NCBI GenBank assembly: GCA_004431415.1
Contig: QPMI01000039.1
Coordinates: 62,001-126,000 of the forward strand
Direction of reading: 5' to 3'
Length of the DNA stretch: 64,000 nucleotides
Source: Cyanophora paradoxa CCMP329
Lineage: Eukaryota; Plantae; Glaucophyta
A model generated the notes under the pieces. The model was not told where the DNA came from. It was given only the letters and a program-made list of their open reading frames with translations, and made no database searches. The position numbers were made by a program, and so were the translations under genes. This document shows positions 63,068 to 64,000 of the stretch, piece after piece (within the stretch, counting starts at the first letter, position 1; every line of letters begins with the position of its first letter).

Positions 63068-64000
63068 ATGGATCGTCGTTTTGAAATTGCCAGATTTAAA
63101 GAACAAATCGCATCTAAGGCCGAAACACTTTATGCTAGGGGTTATATTCATAAAGCATTTAGTAAATCTCTGATTAATTTGACAAATCGAAATACTCGCT
63201 TGGAAACATTGCAGAAGAATGCTTCACTATTGGATGAACTATCAAACCTCCCCAGACCTGCAAAGAGAGTATCTTCAAAGACACTGGAGGTTTCGATTGC
63301 AGCAGCCCAGGCCGATCTTGTGGCCAGTTTTAGTGAGCTGCCAGAGGCAGGTGCAACACAGGACACTTCGAGAGCAGTAACTGAGCAGGATGGCTCTGTG
63401 ACAACAGCACTCAATGGAACTTTAGCTGAGGGCACCTATCGCCTTTCCAGGGGTTCAGGAAGGGTGACAGCCATTCAGGCTCACTATGATAACAATCAGC
63501 ATTTTCGAGAGTGGATTACTGTGCCTATCAGTGGAGAGAGGGAAAGGGCTAATGCAGCTCGAATGGGGATAGCATTGAAGATATATGGGAATGGACTGTT
63601 TAGAAAAGTAGATTCAGATGCAGCACAATCTAGGATGATTGAGCTGCACCAGTATATCAGAATCGAGGCAGGGGCTGATTTGACCGAGATTATTAGAAAA
63701 CAACTAATAGATCTTGATGTCAAAGCTGCTGAAGCCACAACAGATTCCTGGTATTTCGATTCCTGGATCTATATTCAGTGGCAGACAATTCGCTACTTCA
63801 GGAGAATGGGAGGCCGTGGGTTGAGATTTAAACTACCAGAATGGCTGAGAGAAAAGCAAGCATTAATTAACATAGATGCACCAAGTAATAAATGCTTTCT
63901 ATATTCAGTTATAGCAGCCAAGCACTCTCTAGAGTCAGGACAAGACCCTCGAAGTGCCTGCCACTACAGGCCTTTTGAGGGGGAATTTGATTGTAAGATG
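63068..64000 (+). CDS. N-terminal part of a protein-primed family B DNA polymerase (Polinton type), open at the window end
   Basis: 311 uninterrupted codons, absent from the ORF track because there is no stop. Contains DSWYF..IRY..GG..FKLPEWLREKQALINIDAPSNKCFLYSVIAAKH, matching the LPxWxxxKxAxINxxxxDxKCFxxSxxAxxH block of Polinton pPolBs. The polymerase core is not in the window. Confidence 0.72.
   Translation, partial: MDRRFEIARFKEQIASKAETLYARGYIHKAFSKSLINLTNRNTRLETLQKNASLLDELSNLPRPAKRVSSKTLEVSIAAAQADLVASFSELPEAGATQDTSRAVTEQDGSVTTALNGTLAEGTYRLSRGSGRVTAIQAHYDNNQHFREWITVPISGERERANAARMGIALKIYGNGLFRKVDSDAAQSRMIELHQYIRIEAGADLTEIIRKQLIDLDVKAAEATTDSWYFDSWIYIQWQTIRYFRRMGGRGLRFKLPEWLREKQALINIDAPSNKCFLYSVIAAKHSLESGQDPRSACHYRPFEGEFDCKM

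Larger units (their letters stand above)
61706..64000 (+). mobile_element. Left part of a Polinton/Maverick or Polinton-like virus insertion (runs off the window)
   Basis: Abrupt loss of homology to copy 1. Switch to AT-rich DNA with intronless ORFs, an HNH-like ORF and a pPolB-type N-terminal region. Left boundary is approximate. Confidence 0.75.

Overview
Intron-rich, GC-rich nuclear DNA of a eukaryotic microbe. The style is compatible with a glaucophyte-like alga, but the taxon cannot be fixed from this window. Most ORFs in the supplied track are GC-content artefacts, so I assembled genes by hand from GT-AG and GC-AG introns. Order: a repeat and transposon-debris zone (1-8.8 kb, including a poly(A) retroposon with a 19-bp TSD and a MITE); an ~11.6-kb minus-strand gene for a predicted lipid-anchored SAM-TIR-ARM-[SPRY-like/ZZ/MIB-HERC2]n protein; a small membrane protein; golgin CASP; a probable ATP synthase subunit e; a WNK kinase; an intron-containing bacterial-type QueD; CCT8; DENND4; an NHL-propeller protein; a beta-helix protein; a CHRD protein; a truncated gene; an ~8.8-kb second copy of 38.3-47.2 kb; and the left end of an AT-rich Polinton/PLV-like element. 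Strongest observations: (1) non-coding DNA is saturated with X-revcomp(X)-X motifs, and paralog comparison shows about ten 6-bp indels that turn a trimer X into X-rc(X)-X; (2) kilobase patches inside gene bodies where TACCC/GGGTA accumulates and overrides codon bias; (3) the permuted SARM1-like TIR protein; (4) a nuclear QueD.
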